Assembly: GCA_023380585.1 (NCBI GenBank)
Contig: JAMCRN010000009.1
Coordinates: forward strand, 2,524-66,523
Source: Candidatus Parvarchaeota archaeon
GTDB lineage: Archaea; Nanobdellota; Nanobdellia; Parvarchaeales; Parvarchaeaceae
Length of the DNA stretch: 64,000 nucleotides
Direction of reading: 5' to 3'
The position numbers and the translations under genes are program-made. Below, piece by piece: positions 38,199 to 48,501 of the stretch; the stretch's first letter is position 1; each line of letters opens with the position of its first letter. The notes beneath the pieces were generated by a model. That model searched no databases. It was not told the DNA's origin and saw nothing but the letters and a program-made list of their open reading frames with translations.

Positions 38199-39293
38199 AT
38201 GGAAAGGACTGGTCCGCTTATCCTTGTTTTGGCCATGATAGTCCTATTTTTTACTTTCAGTGCTTCCAATGCGACTTCTCTACAGTTCTCCTTCTCTGTC
38301 ATGAACAGGACAGTACAGATGAATCAAAATCTGTTTTTCAACGTATCTGTATCGTCTCCGGCAAGCGTAAACTATACTATATACCTCAATTCCACGCCTG
38401 TGCACAGCGGCACAATACCTGCTAACAGCACAGGGTACGCGATAATAAAATACAACGTATCAAATAGGCTTTATGGAGAGTATTCTTCGTCCGCCGTCTT
38501 CTCCGGCGTCTCCTATCCGATAAAAAGTGATTTTGATACATACATAGCGCCCCATCCATCATTTTCATTTTTTAACCCTTCCAATATAACGCCTTTCTTC
38601 AATGGTTCAGCCAAGCTAAACATAACTCTTTTAGACACAGGGAATACGCCCCTGGAGATGACATGGTCGATACCTTCCATCTCCGGCATCGACTTCAGTC
38701 TGGATTACCATCAGTCTTTCTCTATATCCCCTTCGGAGATTTACAGCATCCCTATAAATCTTTCCCTATCCCAAAATTTCCAAAAGAGCCTAAACTTCTC
38801 TTTCTATGGGAGATTCAAAAACAGCACTATAGAGGGAACATATTCGACGGAATTGTTTGTTCCGGCGGTTAATCTGACTTTTCTCAACAGCACAATAAGA
38901 AGACTAAGCGATACGACTTTATTGTACGCGATTTCCTTGGATAATAGAGACAATTCTCCCCTGCCGATAACGATTAACTTCCTGCTGTCTATAAACGGAA
39001 GCTCTTTCTACTATAATAGGTCTTACACTCTTTACCCTGAGAATAAGACGATAGCGGTAGAAGTCCCTTACAGTAAAATAGTTTCCGTTTCAGTCTCTTT
39101 CCTTAACCAATACGGCAAACCGGTAAACGAGGTTGTTTACTCTTATAAACCAGCATATAGCAGTGTTTCGGGCTTTTTTGCGGTTTTTGGGTATCTTATA
39201 TTGACAGGTGCCGTCATAGGGATAATCGTGTTCATGCACTACAATTTCAATAAAAAAGGGGGGAGAAAACGAAGGATATGGAAAAGGCTCTAA
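38199..39293 (+). CDS. Secreted Ig-like surface glycoprotein with C-terminal membrane anchor
   Basis: Signal peptide, many sequons, DTGNTP motif, C-terminal TM plus basic tail. Confidence 0.75.
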   Translation: MERTGPLILVLAMIVLFFTFSASNATSLQFSFSVMNRTVQMNQNLFFNVSVSSPASVNYTIYLNSTPVHSGTIPANSTGYAIIKYNVSNRLYGEYSSSAVFSGVSYPIKSDFDTYIAPHPSFSFFNPSNITPFFNGSAKLNITLLDTGNTPLEMTWSIPSISGIDFSLDYHQSFSISPSEIYSIPINLSLSQNFQKSLNFSFYGRFKNSTIEGTYSTELFVPAVNLTFLNSTIRRLSDTTLLYAISLDNRDNSPLPITINFLLSINGSSFYYNRSYTLYPENKTIAVEVPYSKIVSVSVSFLNQYGKPVNEVVYSYKPAYSSVSGFFAVFGYLILTGAVIGIIVFMHYNFNKKGGRKRRIWKRL

Positions 39294-40000
39294 AGACTTA
39301 CAAGCTTAAGGCATACTTGGTAAAGGCCTTCGGTTTTGATAAAGAGGATATCCGCACCTTCCTGTATATACTGCTACTGATGAGCATCCTTTTCGCAGTG
39401 GACTTTTATTACTTTGCTTTAACCAGCATACTTACGTATGCTATAATAATAGTGTTATCTGCGGGAGCGATAACATGGGCAAGGTCATTCCTTGGTAAGA
39501 TGATGGATATAAAGGCCACAGTGTCTCCCTGGATAAGCGGTTTTGTGATCTCCGCAGTTGTCACCGTCTTATTCTCAATCGCAGGGATGCCTATACTGGT
39601 GCCTGTCATAAGCTCTAGTGAGCATAGAAGGGCTCTTACACTAAAAGGCATGAAAAAAGGAGAAGTCAATATACACGAAAGCTGGTCGTTTTCCATGTTT
39701 TCTTCGATGGTCATAGTGCTTTTCGGGCTTCTTTTCGTCTCATTATGGGTAAAATTTCACAATCCTGGCTTTATGGCAGCGGGGTCGTTTTTATTGTTCT
39801 ATGTCCTCATTAGCTTTCTGCCACAGAACCGCTTTGACGGGGCCTTTCTGGCGTACCATAACCTGCCAATGTATATTATAATCTTTGTGTTTCTGCTCAT
39901 CATAACGTTTACTGCCATATTTTATTTCCTTGCGGCGTTTATAGCCTTCCTTGTCTTCGCATCCTTCTCCTTTATTTCCCTTAAAATGAAACTTTGGTAA
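39278..40000 (+). CDS. Polytopic membrane protein
   Basis: About 7 TMs; LP...FDG resembles an M50-like motif but HExxH is absent. Confidence 0.7.
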   Translation: MEKALKTYKLKAYLVKAFGFDKEDIRTFLYILLLMSILFAVDFYYFALTSILTYAIIIVLSAGAITWARSFLGKMMDIKATVSPWISGFVISAVVTVLFSIAGMPILVPVISSSEHRRALTLKGMKKGEVNIHESWSFSMFSSMVIVLFGLLFVSLWVKFHNPGFMAAGSFLLFYVLISFLPQNRFDGAFLAYHNLPMYIIIFVFLLIITFTAIFYFLAAFIAFLVFASFSFISLKMKLW

Positions 40001-40138
40001 AGCTGAAAGACTGCTGGTTTTTGCCGGAAAAATGGTGTTATAACGCTGATAACACGTTTTCAGTAAGTTTTTCGAGAACCGATAACCATTTATATAACGA
40101 CGTTATATTTATATCTGAAGTCAAATACTTTGATTTGT

Positions 40139-40504
40139 ATGGCAGATTTGTTTTGCAGCAAGACCATCGGTGAGATACTACCGTCTGTGAGGTCACTTGT
40201 CGCTAACAGGCTTCTCGAGGCAGGGTTGACGCAGAAGGAAGTATCATCCAAATTGGGTATAACCCAGCCTGCTATTTCCCAGTACAAGAAAGGGTTGCGC
40301 GGGAGCATGGTAAGGGACATGGCAGGAAGCGAGACCATGTTAAAGTACATAGATACTTTAGTAAAGCAGACAATCGAAGGCAAAATCGATCTTAATACAA
40401 AGATATGCGAAATGTGCAAAGTGACCAGGGAAAGCGGCATAATAAAGCTTGAAGAAATGGACCCATTCCTGTGCATACTCGAGATAGCAAAAAAGGCGAT
40501 ATGA
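40139..40504 (+). CDS. HTH transcriptional regulator upstream of suf operon
   Basis: LTQKEVSSKLGITQPAISQYKKGLRG; Cys residues (CEMC). Confidence 0.85.
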   Translation: MADLFCSKTIGEILPSVRSLVANRLLEAGLTQKEVSSKLGITQPAISQYKKGLRGSMVRDMAGSETMLKYIDTLVKQTIEGKIDLNTKICEMCKVTRESGIIKLEEMDPFLCILEIAKKAI

Positions 40505-41244
40505 CGTCGGAATTGGGCATAAACGGATTGAATGTCAGTGTAAACGGGAACCTTATACTCAAAGGCATAAATCTAGCTGTAAAAACAGGAGAACTGCACA
40601 TAGTGATGGGACCGAATGGCAGTGGCAAGAGTACGCTATCAAACACTATACTCGGCAGTCCTAAATTCAAGGTCGAATCCGGCAGCATCAAGCTGGACGG
40701 CGGAGAGATAAGCGGGTTAAAACCAGACGAGAGGGCCAGATTAGGGCTTTTCCTGGCGTTTCAGGAACCAGTCAGCATCTCAGGTGTCAACGTGCTAAGC
40801 TTTCTTAGGACCGCATATACTAAACTCAATCCGTCTGATAAGAATATTGATGATTTAAAGGTAAAAGTATCAAAGGTAATAAGTAAACTCGGACTTTCCG
40901 AAGAATTCCTTAAGAGGAGCCTGAATGAAGGGTTCTCAGGCGGAGAGAAGAAACGCCTTGAGATAGCGCAGCTGATTTTATTTAGGCCCAAAATAGCTAT
41001 ACTGGATGAAGTCGACTCCGGCCTCGACATGGACAGCCTGAGGATCCTCGGCGATGCAATAAACTCTCTTAAAAAAGAGAGCGGCGTGCTTCTCGTCACA
41101 CACTACGAGCGGATATTCGATTACATAAAACCAGATTTCATACACGTTTTGATGGATGGGAAAATAGTAGGGTCAGGAGGTATGGAGGTTCTACAAAACA
41201 TAAAAGAAAAAACTTATTCCTTCTACAAAAACGAGGCCGCATGA
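40501..41244 (+). CDS. sufC: Fe-S assembly ATPase SufC
   Basis: GPNGSGKST, GFSGGEKKR, LDEVDSGLD, VTHY. Confidence 0.95.
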   Translation: MTSELGINGLNVSVNGNLILKGINLAVKTGELHIVMGPNGSGKSTLSNTILGSPKFKVESGSIKLDGGEISGLKPDERARLGLFLAFQEPVSISGVNVLSFLRTAYTKLNPSDKNIDDLKVKVSKVISKLGLSEEFLKRSLNEGFSGGEKKRLEIAQLILFRPKIAILDEVDSGLDMDSLRILGDAINSLKKESGVLLVTHYERIFDYIKPDFIHVLMDGKIVGSGGMEVLQNIKEKTYSFYKNEAA

Positions 41245-42632
41245 AAGAGAAATTTGAAGTCGATTACACAAAATACGAGTTCAAGAACCCCGTTAACTAC
41301 GAGGTGGTCTTCGAGAAAGGTTTGTCCGAGTCGACAGTAACGGCGATATCAGAGCTTAAAAAAGAGCCGGATTGGATGAGAGAGTTCAGATTAAACGCAT
41401 ACAAGTTCTTTATAAGAAGACCAATGCCGAAATGGGGGGCCGATCTATCAAGTATAGACTTCAATGAGATACGCTATTATATGAAACCGACAGAAAAGGC
41501 CACAAACTGGGAGGATCTGCCAAGTGACATAAGGATGACATATGAAAGGCTGGGAATACCTGAGGCCGAAAAGAAGGTCTTGTCTGGGGTGGAGGTAATG
41601 TACGAGAGCGAAGTAGTCTATAATCGTGTCAGGAAGGACTTGGAGGAGCTCGGAGTCATCTTCTGCGACACGGACACCGCCCTCAGAGAGCATCCCGATC
41701 TGGTTAAAAAATATATAGGACATGTGATATCTCCCAATGACAACAAATTCGCCGCCTTGAATTCTGCGGTCTGGTCCGGCGGTTCTTTCATATACGTGCC
41801 AAAGGGGGTAAAAGTCCCTATGCCACTGCAGGCGTACTTCCGGATAAACGCAGCCAACGTCGGGCAGTTCGAAAGGACATTGATAATCGCAGACGAGGGA
41901 GCGGATGTAGTTTATATAGAGGGATGCTCTGCGCCGATATATTCCAAAGAGTCTCTGCATGCTGCGGTAGTAGAGATAGTCGCGCATAAGAATTCCCACG
42001 TCAAGTACATAACAATACAAAACTGGTCAAGCGACGTATACAATCTAGTCACAAAAAGGGCATTCGCATACGAGAACGCTTTTGTCGAATGGATAGACGC
42101 GAATATAGGCTCTAGGATAACGGAAAAGTATCCGTCCGTTTATATGTTGGAGCCAGGCGCAAAAGCGAATGTGCTGTCAATCGCATTCGCTAATAAAGGC
42201 CAGCACCAAGACACAGGGTCAAAAGCTGTCCATCTGTCAAGGGACACAAGCTCGACTATAACGTCCAAATCAATATGCGTGAACGGTGGAAGGACCACGT
42301 ACAGGGGGCTGGTGAAAGTCATAAAGGGAGCCAAGGATGTGAAATCTGCAGTCCGCTGCGACGCACTCATCTTAGATGATAAGTCGAGGACTGACACTTA
42401 TCCGTATATGGAGGTTGACGAGGAAGAGTCGACTATAACGCACGAAGCTTCGGTGGGGAAGATAGGCGAGGAGCAATTGTTCTACTTGACTTCTAGGGGC
42501 ATACCAGAACAGGAAGCGATAAACATGATAGTCCTCGGTTTTCTGGGAGAATTTATAAAAGAGCTGCCGCTAGAATTCGCTTTAGAGTTCAATAGGCTCG
42601 TCAAATTAAACATGGAGGGCTCCGTAGGATGA
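41241..42632 (+). CDS. sufB: Fe-S assembly protein SufB
   Basis: DNKFAALNSAVWSGGSF, PLQAYFRIN, GQFERTLI, CDAL, HEASVGK. Confidence 0.96.
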   Translation: MKEKFEVDYTKYEFKNPVNYEVVFEKGLSESTVTAISELKKEPDWMREFRLNAYKFFIRRPMPKWGADLSSIDFNEIRYYMKPTEKATNWEDLPSDIRMTYERLGIPEAEKKVLSGVEVMYESEVVYNRVRKDLEELGVIFCDTDTALREHPDLVKKYIGHVISPNDNKFAALNSAVWSGGSFIYVPKGVKVPMPLQAYFRINAANVGQFERTLIIADEGADVVYIEGCSAPIYSKESLHAAVVEIVAHKNSHVKYITIQNWSSDVYNLVTKRAFAYENAFVEWIDANIGSRITEKYPSVYMLEPGAKANVLSIAFANKGQHQDTGSKAVHLSRDTSSTITSKSICVNGGRTTYRGLVKVIKGAKDVKSAVRCDALILDDKSRTDTYPYMEVDEEESTITHEASVGKIGEEQLFYLTSRGIPEQEAINMIVLGFLGEFIKELPLEFALEFNRLVKLNMEGSVG

Positions 42633-43942
42633 CTGTAGACGATTTTACGGAAGACAGATTAGTAAGACTTTCTCAAGAGAGATCGGAAGAGGCTTGGCTT
42701 AAAAATTTCCGTGTTAATGCTCTGAGAAGTTACAAGGCCACTCCCGAAGAAAAAAACGAGATGCTAAAGAAGTACTCTGATGGAATAGATTATAGCGGTA
42801 TAGTAGAGGGTGCTTCCCAGATGCAGCGTTCCGATAAAATCATAGCACCAGAGATTAAAAATTGTGTGTTCATAGATGGGCACTCTTATTACAAGAATAT
42901 AGATTCTGTCGGCATAGACATAGACGATGACTTCGACTTTTCTTCCTATGAGAAAATGGATTACAATAACCAAGACCGCTCTTCTTATCTTATAGACGCG
43001 TTCTTCAACAGTCTAACGATAATCCGCGTAAAAAAAGAGTATAACGGTGGGCCAGTAAGACAGATATTCAGCCTAGACGGCAAAAACACAGTCTTGAACA
43101 AGACTGTGATAATCACAGATGAGGATAGCAGCATAGACCTGATACAAGAGATATACTCAAAAGGAGAAACCAGAAACCATTTCGGCAATAACATCTCCAT
43201 ATATTCAGAGAAGGGTTCAAAAGTTAGGTTTACATCCATACAAAACCTGAAGGGATCAGAACATATAATACTGAACAAGAAAATATACACGCATGGTTCC
43301 GCAGAACTTACGGCATTGAACCTAGGAGGGGAGAGGATACGAAGCAGAGCGAGCATAAATCTTCTGTCAGAGGGCTCGTCCTTCGCAGCTGGCGACGGAT
43401 TTTTCGGGTCTGGTTCGCAGTATATGGATTCTTTTATACTACTAAGGCATATGGCCAAGTCAACGAACAGCACTTTCCATTCAAGATCCGTACTGGACGG
43501 CCGCTCGAAAGCGGTCTCCAAAGGGATAATAAAATTGGAAAAGCCGGCAGCGAAGTCGAACGCTTTTTTGGTTGAGCATTCGCTACTGCTGAACAAGGAG
43601 GCCAGGACTAATGCAGTGCCAAGCCTCGAAATAGAGACGGACGATGTAAAGGCCACCCATTCTGCATCTTCTCATCCTCTTGACAAGGACCAGGTCTTCT
43701 ACCTGATGTCTAGGGGATTGGATAGAGAGGAGGCAGAAAACGAGATAGCGATGGGTTTTATCTGGCCGGTCATCAGTCATATAAAGAGTAAAAACTTGAT
43801 AACTCACATATACAATCTGTTGAGGGATAAAAGAAAAGGCACTGGCACTGCAGAAGGGTTCGCTGACATTACAGATTATCTTGGAAACCAGGGCGATTCA
43901 CTGGAAAGCGGGATATTCGTCGGGCATTATAAATACCGCTGA
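42629..43942 (+). CDS. sufD: Fe-S assembly protein SufD
   Basis: PSLEIETDDVKATHSAS, FYLMSRG. Confidence 0.92.
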   Translation: MTVDDFTEDRLVRLSQERSEEAWLKNFRVNALRSYKATPEEKNEMLKKYSDGIDYSGIVEGASQMQRSDKIIAPEIKNCVFIDGHSYYKNIDSVGIDIDDDFDFSSYEKMDYNNQDRSSYLIDAFFNSLTIIRVKKEYNGGPVRQIFSLDGKNTVLNKTVIITDEDSSIDLIQEIYSKGETRNHFGNNISIYSEKGSKVRFTSIQNLKGSEHIILNKKIYTHGSAELTALNLGGERIRSRASINLLSEGSSFAAGDGFFGSGSQYMDSFILLRHMAKSTNSTFHSRSVLDGRSKAVSKGIIKLEKPAAKSNAFLVEHSLLLNKEARTNAVPSLEIETDDVKATHSASSHPLDKDQVFYLMSRGLDREEAENEIAMGFIWPVISHIKSKNLITHIYNLLRDKRKGTGTAEGFADITDYLGNQGDSLESGIFVGHYKYR

Positions 43943-43977
43943 TATTAAGTAAACAGGAGGAAGTCAGAGTCCGCATC

Positions 43978-44634
43978 ATGGGAGTGATATTCGATTTAGA
44001 CGGTACATTGATAGACAGTCTAAGCTTGCACGCAAGGCTTCTGAAGAAAGGGCTTGATTCAGTCTTGGGTCAGGATATAGTGGAGTACAACACAGTCGAA
44101 AAGTTCATATGTTACCCGACTTCCTTCTTTTTCAGAATACTCCGTACGAAGTACGGCATAGACATATCCAGTAAAAAAACGGCAGAGATAATGCAGATAA
44201 AAGACGACGCGTTTAGAAGAAGAGACATAGAAAAAGTAAAGGTGTTCCCATACGTAAGGGATACTTTTAAGTTCCTCAAATCAAAAAATGTTAAGTTATG
44301 CATAGCCACTTCCATGAACACTAGAGCCTTGAAAAAATTCTCCCCAATACTGAAGCTCAGGTCGCTGTCGAAAGTAATAATAAACTCCCCTTCCTTCTTC
44401 TACGAGAAACCCAACCCATACATATTAAACAAGGCTATAAGGGAATTAAAGATGGATAGAGCGAAGACGGCATACGTAGGCGACAGCCCTGCAGACAGAG
44501 AGGCTGCGTCCAATGCAGGGATAAGTTTCATAGGAGTATTCAATAGTGCACTCGCCGGGCATGGACGTTTTTTCGAGGATTTCAATGGATTGCTTTCTTA
44601 TTTAAGAGAAACATATAAGGATTTTTTGGATTAG
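43978..44634 (+). CDS. HAD-superfamily hydrolase
   Basis: FDLDGTL, KPNP, GDS..D. Confidence 0.9.
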   Translation: MGVIFDLDGTLIDSLSLHARLLKKGLDSVLGQDIVEYNTVEKFICYPTSFFFRILRTKYGIDISSKKTAEIMQIKDDAFRRRDIEKVKVFPYVRDTFKFLKSKNVKLCIATSMNTRALKKFSPILKLRSLSKVIINSPSFFYEKPNPYILNKAIRELKMDRAKTAYVGDSPADREAASNAGISFIGVFNSALAGHGRFFEDFNGLLSYLRETYKDFLD

Positions 44635-44683
44635 CGACCGGCTCCAAAGAAGATATTTAAACTACAAGAAATTATCGATATGG

Positions 44684-45619
44684 ATGTTAGGCGAGAAAGT
44701 ACAAAATATAAACATAGAAGGCGGCGAAACAGTAAAATCTCTTTTCAAAAAATTTTCTGTATCTGGCGGATTTTCGTCTAAAAAGCTTGCCCAGGCTTCT
44801 GAGATACTCATGGATATGGGCAAAGACAAAGAATGTGTTAAGTTCCTGTCTTTCCCAGCGGACATAGTGTCTACTGGCACACGTGGCGTCATAAAGGATA
44901 TGGTAAAGAACAGGATGGTAGACATCATAATAACTACATGCGGAACGCTCGACCACGACCTCGCTAGGATCTGGAAGGACTACTACAGCGGCAACGAATA
45001 TGCAGATGATGTGCATCTGCACAATGCCGGCATAAACCGTCTTTACAATATTTTCATACCGAATGAAAGTTATGGCCTCATCCTGGAGGAGAAATTGCTG
45101 CCGATATTAAAGGCGGCGTCAGAAAATAAGAAGGAATATTCTACGCACGAACTTATAAGTTTCGTCGGGGAGAGTATAAGCAGAGAAGAGCACGCGGAGG
45201 ATTCAATAATCTATTGGGCCTGGAAAAATAAGGTGCCAGTTATAGTACCTGGGATAATGGATGGCAGTTTCGGATCACAATTGTGGTTCTTTGCCCAGAG
45301 AGAAAAAGAATTTAGAGTGGACCTGATCGCCGATGAAAACATGCTGTCAGACACAGTTTTCAAGGCAAAGAAGAGCGGGGCGCTGATGATTGGCGGAGGG
45401 ATATCAAAACACCACACTATATGGTGGAACCAGTTTAAGAACGGGCTCGATTACGCCGTCTACATAACCACAGCGGTAGACTGGGATGGTAGCCTGTCAG
45501 GTGCTAAATTGAACGAGGCCGTCTCTTGGGGCAAAGTAAAACCAAAGGCAAAACAAGTGACTGTGGAAGGCGACGCAACGGTTCTTCTGCCGCTACTGTA
45601 TGCGTCTGTAATAAATTGA
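44684..45619 (+). CDS. dys: Deoxyhypusine synthase
   Basis: GINRL.NI, GGGISKHH, DGSLSGA...EAVSWGKV, GDAT. Confidence 0.95.
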   Translation: MLGEKVQNINIEGGETVKSLFKKFSVSGGFSSKKLAQASEILMDMGKDKECVKFLSFPADIVSTGTRGVIKDMVKNRMVDIIITTCGTLDHDLARIWKDYYSGNEYADDVHLHNAGINRLYNIFIPNESYGLILEEKLLPILKAASENKKEYSTHELISFVGESISREEHAEDSIIYWAWKNKVPVIVPGIMDGSFGSQLWFFAQREKEFRVDLIADENMLSDTVFKAKKSGALMIGGGISKHHTIWWNQFKNGLDYAVYITTAVDWDGSLSGAKLNEAVSWGKVKPKAKQVTVEGDATVLLPLLYASVIN

Positions 45620-45629
45620 GGAGGAGAAT

Positions 45630-45920
45630 ATGAAAATAAGTGAAGTAAAGGAAGGAATGAATGACGTAAGCATTTCTGGAGAAATAACAGAGATTTCAGA
45701 GCCCAGGGAGGTGCTAACCAGGTTCGGTAACAGCTCCGTCGCTACTGCAAAAGTAAAAGACGAGGATGGTGTTATATCATTGTCCTTGTGGGGCAAGCAG
45801 ATATCCATGTTCAAGGTAGGGGACCGTATAGAAATAACGGGCGGGTACACCAAATCGTTCAGAGGAGAAGTACAGATAAATGTAGGAAAATCAGGCTCGA
45901 TAAAGAAAATAGAAAACTGA
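45630..45920 (+). CDS. ssb: Single OB-fold ssDNA-binding protein
   Basis: MKISEVK.G, D..G.I.LSLW, FRGEVQINVG; purine-rich SD-like leader. Confidence 0.9.
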   Translation: MKISEVKEGMNDVSISGEITEISEPREVLTRFGNSSVATAKVKDEDGVISLSLWGKQISMFKVGDRIEITGGYTKSFRGEVQINVGKSGSIKKIEN

Positions 45921-46820
45921 TCAAAGAGCGTATACAAACGGCTTTATATCCTTTGCGTTTATAGATAGATTGTCATTAAATTTGTTAGCCGAACCTGTAA
46001 TCTCAACATGGATGAGGCCATAGCTTATATCATTTATTTTTCTGATCGTGTCTTCTTCTCCTGACATGTCAAGAAGTTTCCTAGCCGATCTATCAAAAAA
46101 AGAAACCCTTATGCTAGACAGCCCATCATCCAATATCCCGCTTATCATCAATATTTTTGATATCGCCTTATCCCCATGTAAATCGCACACTCTGTCGACT
46201 TTCTTTTTACATATATCACATCGCACAAGGTATACGTTATTGGAGAAAAGTCTCGTTATAAACCCCCTCAAGCGATAAAGTTTTTCACTATCCTTTACAT
46301 CTTTTATAGCGACGAAAGAATCTACCGGCTTGTTATCAACCTTCTTTTTTATCGCAATGGCGCTTCCGTTCCCTAGGTTTAGCTCTATTTCATTGTTGAA
46401 TTTATTAACCCTTGAATAAGCATTTGCTATTGAAATCTCGTCTCCTTCCGCAGATTCGTTTATAATCTTGTTTATTATGTTTTCGTCCCAGATTGTAATT
46501 CCGATAGAGCCAGTATCATCCTCTATGTTTATCCTCAAGACCTTTGCATTTCTACCGTGAACAATAACTGTTCTAGGCTCGAACTTTCTCTTCATTATAG
46601 CAGTCAGGTTTATGTGTTTTATCTCTTCGGCTATATCCTTTATCTTGTATTCTCTTCTGATCGGCAGGACACCCATTTCAGTTGCGATCATCCTCTCAGC
46701 TGCATTCTTTGTCAATGAAGGGAATTCGTTCATCTTCTTCTCTACCAAAAAAAGCACCTTTTCTCTATCCATCCCGGTTTTCTTCTCTATGCTTTCAAGC
46801 AGCCAGCCATCATCTTCCAT
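45921..46820 (-). CDS. Replication protein A-like (OB folds plus Zn ribbon)
   Basis: EDDTGSIGITIWD, CDICKKK...CDLHG, DDG...IRVSFF. Confidence 0.85.
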   Translation of the reverse strand: MEDDGWLLESIEKKTGMDREKVLFLVEKKMNEFPSLTKNAAERMIATEMGVLPIRREYKIKDIAEEIKHINLTAIMKRKFEPRTVIVHGRNAKVLRINIEDDTGSIGITIWDENIINKIINESAEGDEISIANAYSRVNKFNNEIELNLGNGSAIAIKKKVDNKPVDSFVAIKDVKDSEKLYRLRGFITRLFSNNVYLVRCDICKKKVDRVCDLHGDKAISKILMISGILDDGLSSIRVSFFDRSARKLLDMSGEEDTIRKINDISYGLIHVEITGSANKFNDNLSINAKDIKPFVYAL

Positions 46821-48090
46821 ACTTTAGGACCTTATTCATCAATTTCTTGAGTCTTGCCATAGACTTATAATTATTGCCTTCGTAGTACGCACGTATAATC
46901 GGCTCCGTGTTGGACTTTCTGAAGAGCATAAAGCCGTCTTCTGTATCTATTCTTATGCCATCTAATTTGTTGACTTTGCCAAGCTTGGAAGAGGATTTTA
47001 TTATCCGTTTCATGCTTGCTTCCCTGATTTTTTCTGAACCGTATTTTAAATTATAATTCCCATAATATATTTTTGGTATCTCTTCTGCCAGTTCGCTTAA
47101 TTTCACGCCACTATCTCTTACTATTTTTAGCATCAGTAGCGATGCTAGAAGTCCGTCAGAAAATGGGTAATAAGATCCAAAATAGAAATGCGATGAGGTT
47201 TCTACGCCAAAATCATGGCCCTTTCTGCCCAACGGTACCTCTATGAAAGGCCTGCCGACTTTCGTATATGTGACCTTAGCATACTTTTCAAGCATAGGCG
47301 AGCAGGAAACCGTCGCGAGTATCTTTTTGAATTTAAGATTCTTTACAAAAATCGCAGCTGTGGTCATTGGGTCTATAAACCTGCCGCGTTCATCTCTGAC
47401 TATCATCCTATCACCATCTCCATCTAGTTGGAACCCCAAGTCTAATTTTTCTTTTCTTATCAATCTGCCAAGGCTATCAGAATTTGTTTTTGTTGGTTCA
47501 GGTGTCTTCCCGAAGAAATTCTGACTGACTTTATCATGCACGGAAAATACCTTTGAGTGTAAGTCTGTCAGCATTCTCGGGAAAATGAACGTGGTTGCGC
47601 CGCCCATCCCATCAAATCCCACTTTTAAATCAAGTTTCCCTACATCTTTTGTTATATAATCTATATATTCTTGCTGGTAATTTGAAGGTATCAGCCTGCC
47701 CAATTTTTCTTTAAAACCGCCACTGAGAAATGCCTTCTTCGTCTGCGTCGGGGAAACTCCAATGCCTTTGTGATATACGAGTATCCCTGTATATTCCGGC
47801 GGATTATGAGACGCTGTTATAGAAACACCATAACATTTTTCCGAAAAGGAAGCAAATGCAGCTACAGTTATCGGATTCATACCAAGCTCAAAGACCGCAG
47901 CACCAGAAAGCATTAATCCACTGACAAATTCATTTCTGATTCTAATGCTTCCAAGTCGGGTGTCGTGATTTACGAATATTTTCTCTCCATGAAGATACGA
48001 GCCTATCGCCCGCCCTATTTTAAATGCTTTGTCCTCATCTATCTCCTCTGGATAGACACCACGTATGTCGTACTCTTTGAATATGTCCAT
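46810..48090 (-). CDS. Phosphomannomutase / phosphoglucomutase
   Basis: YDIRG, TASHNP, DGDGDR, RKSNTEP. Confidence 0.93.
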   Translation of the reverse strand: MDIFKEYDIRGVYPEEIDEDKAFKIGRAIGSYLHGEKIFVNHDTRLGSIRIRNEFVSGLMLSGAAVFELGMNPITVAAFASFSEKCYGVSITASHNPPEYTGILVYHKGIGVSPTQTKKAFLSGGFKEKLGRLIPSNYQQEYIDYITKDVGKLDLKVGFDGMGGATTFIFPRMLTDLHSKVFSVHDKVSQNFFGKTPEPTKTNSDSLGRLIRKEKLDLGFQLDGDGDRMIVRDERGRFIDPMTTAAIFVKNLKFKKILATVSCSPMLEKYAKVTYTKVGRPFIEVPLGRKGHDFGVETSSHFYFGSYYPFSDGLLASLLMLKIVRDSGVKLSELAEEIPKIYYGNYNLKYGSEKIREASMKRIIKSSSKLGKVNKLDGIRIDTEDGFMLFRKSNTEPIIRAYYEGNNYKSMARLKKLMNKVLKYGR

Positions 48091-48147
48091 ATAGATTAAC
48101 AGAATACATATTTATTTAAATTACGGTTGATTTATAGATTTAAAGAT

Positions 48148-48498
48148 ATGGAGCAAAAAGGGGTTTTTCCTTTCCCTTTCACAAGAGAAAGTATAACTAA
48201 AAAAGAAGAACCGAAAAAAGTGACGGACCTTTCGAGTATATCAGCATCGAAGGGAAAAGAATTTATATTTAGGCTCAGAAACGGAAAAGAGGTCGGTAGA
48301 GCCGGCAACCTAGCAGAGTTCGCTTCTAAGATTAGGACAGTTCCTTTGGAATCAATAGAATACCACTTCTCAGGGCGCCATTTCACGCCGTGGTTAAACG
48401 ACCTAAAACAAATAAAAGTAGCGCACGAGATAGAACAAATCAAACTCAGCGGCGAAAAATTGAGACAGAGTATACTTGACATACTTAGCAGAATATAA
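48148..48498 (+). CDS. DUF5752-like protein
   Basis: F.F.......A.NL.EF...I..VP.ESIEYH....HF..W. Confidence 0.75.
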   Translation: MEQKGVFPFPFTRESITKKEEPKKVTDLSSISASKGKEFIFRLRNGKEVGRAGNLAEFASKIRTVPLESIEYHFSGRHFTPWLNDLKQIKVAHEIEQIKLSGEKLRQSILDILSRI

Positions 48499-48501
48499 AA
48501 G

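Noticed and set aside
910-43656. Long antisense ORFs such as 910-1347, 12836-13459, 29009-29647 and 42985-43656
   Set aside because: They lie opposite well-supported genes and show no recognisable motifs.
45630-46820. Abutting convergent ssb and RPA-like stop codons as a special element
   Set aside because: Zero-gap and overlapping convergent ends are common throughout this compact genome.
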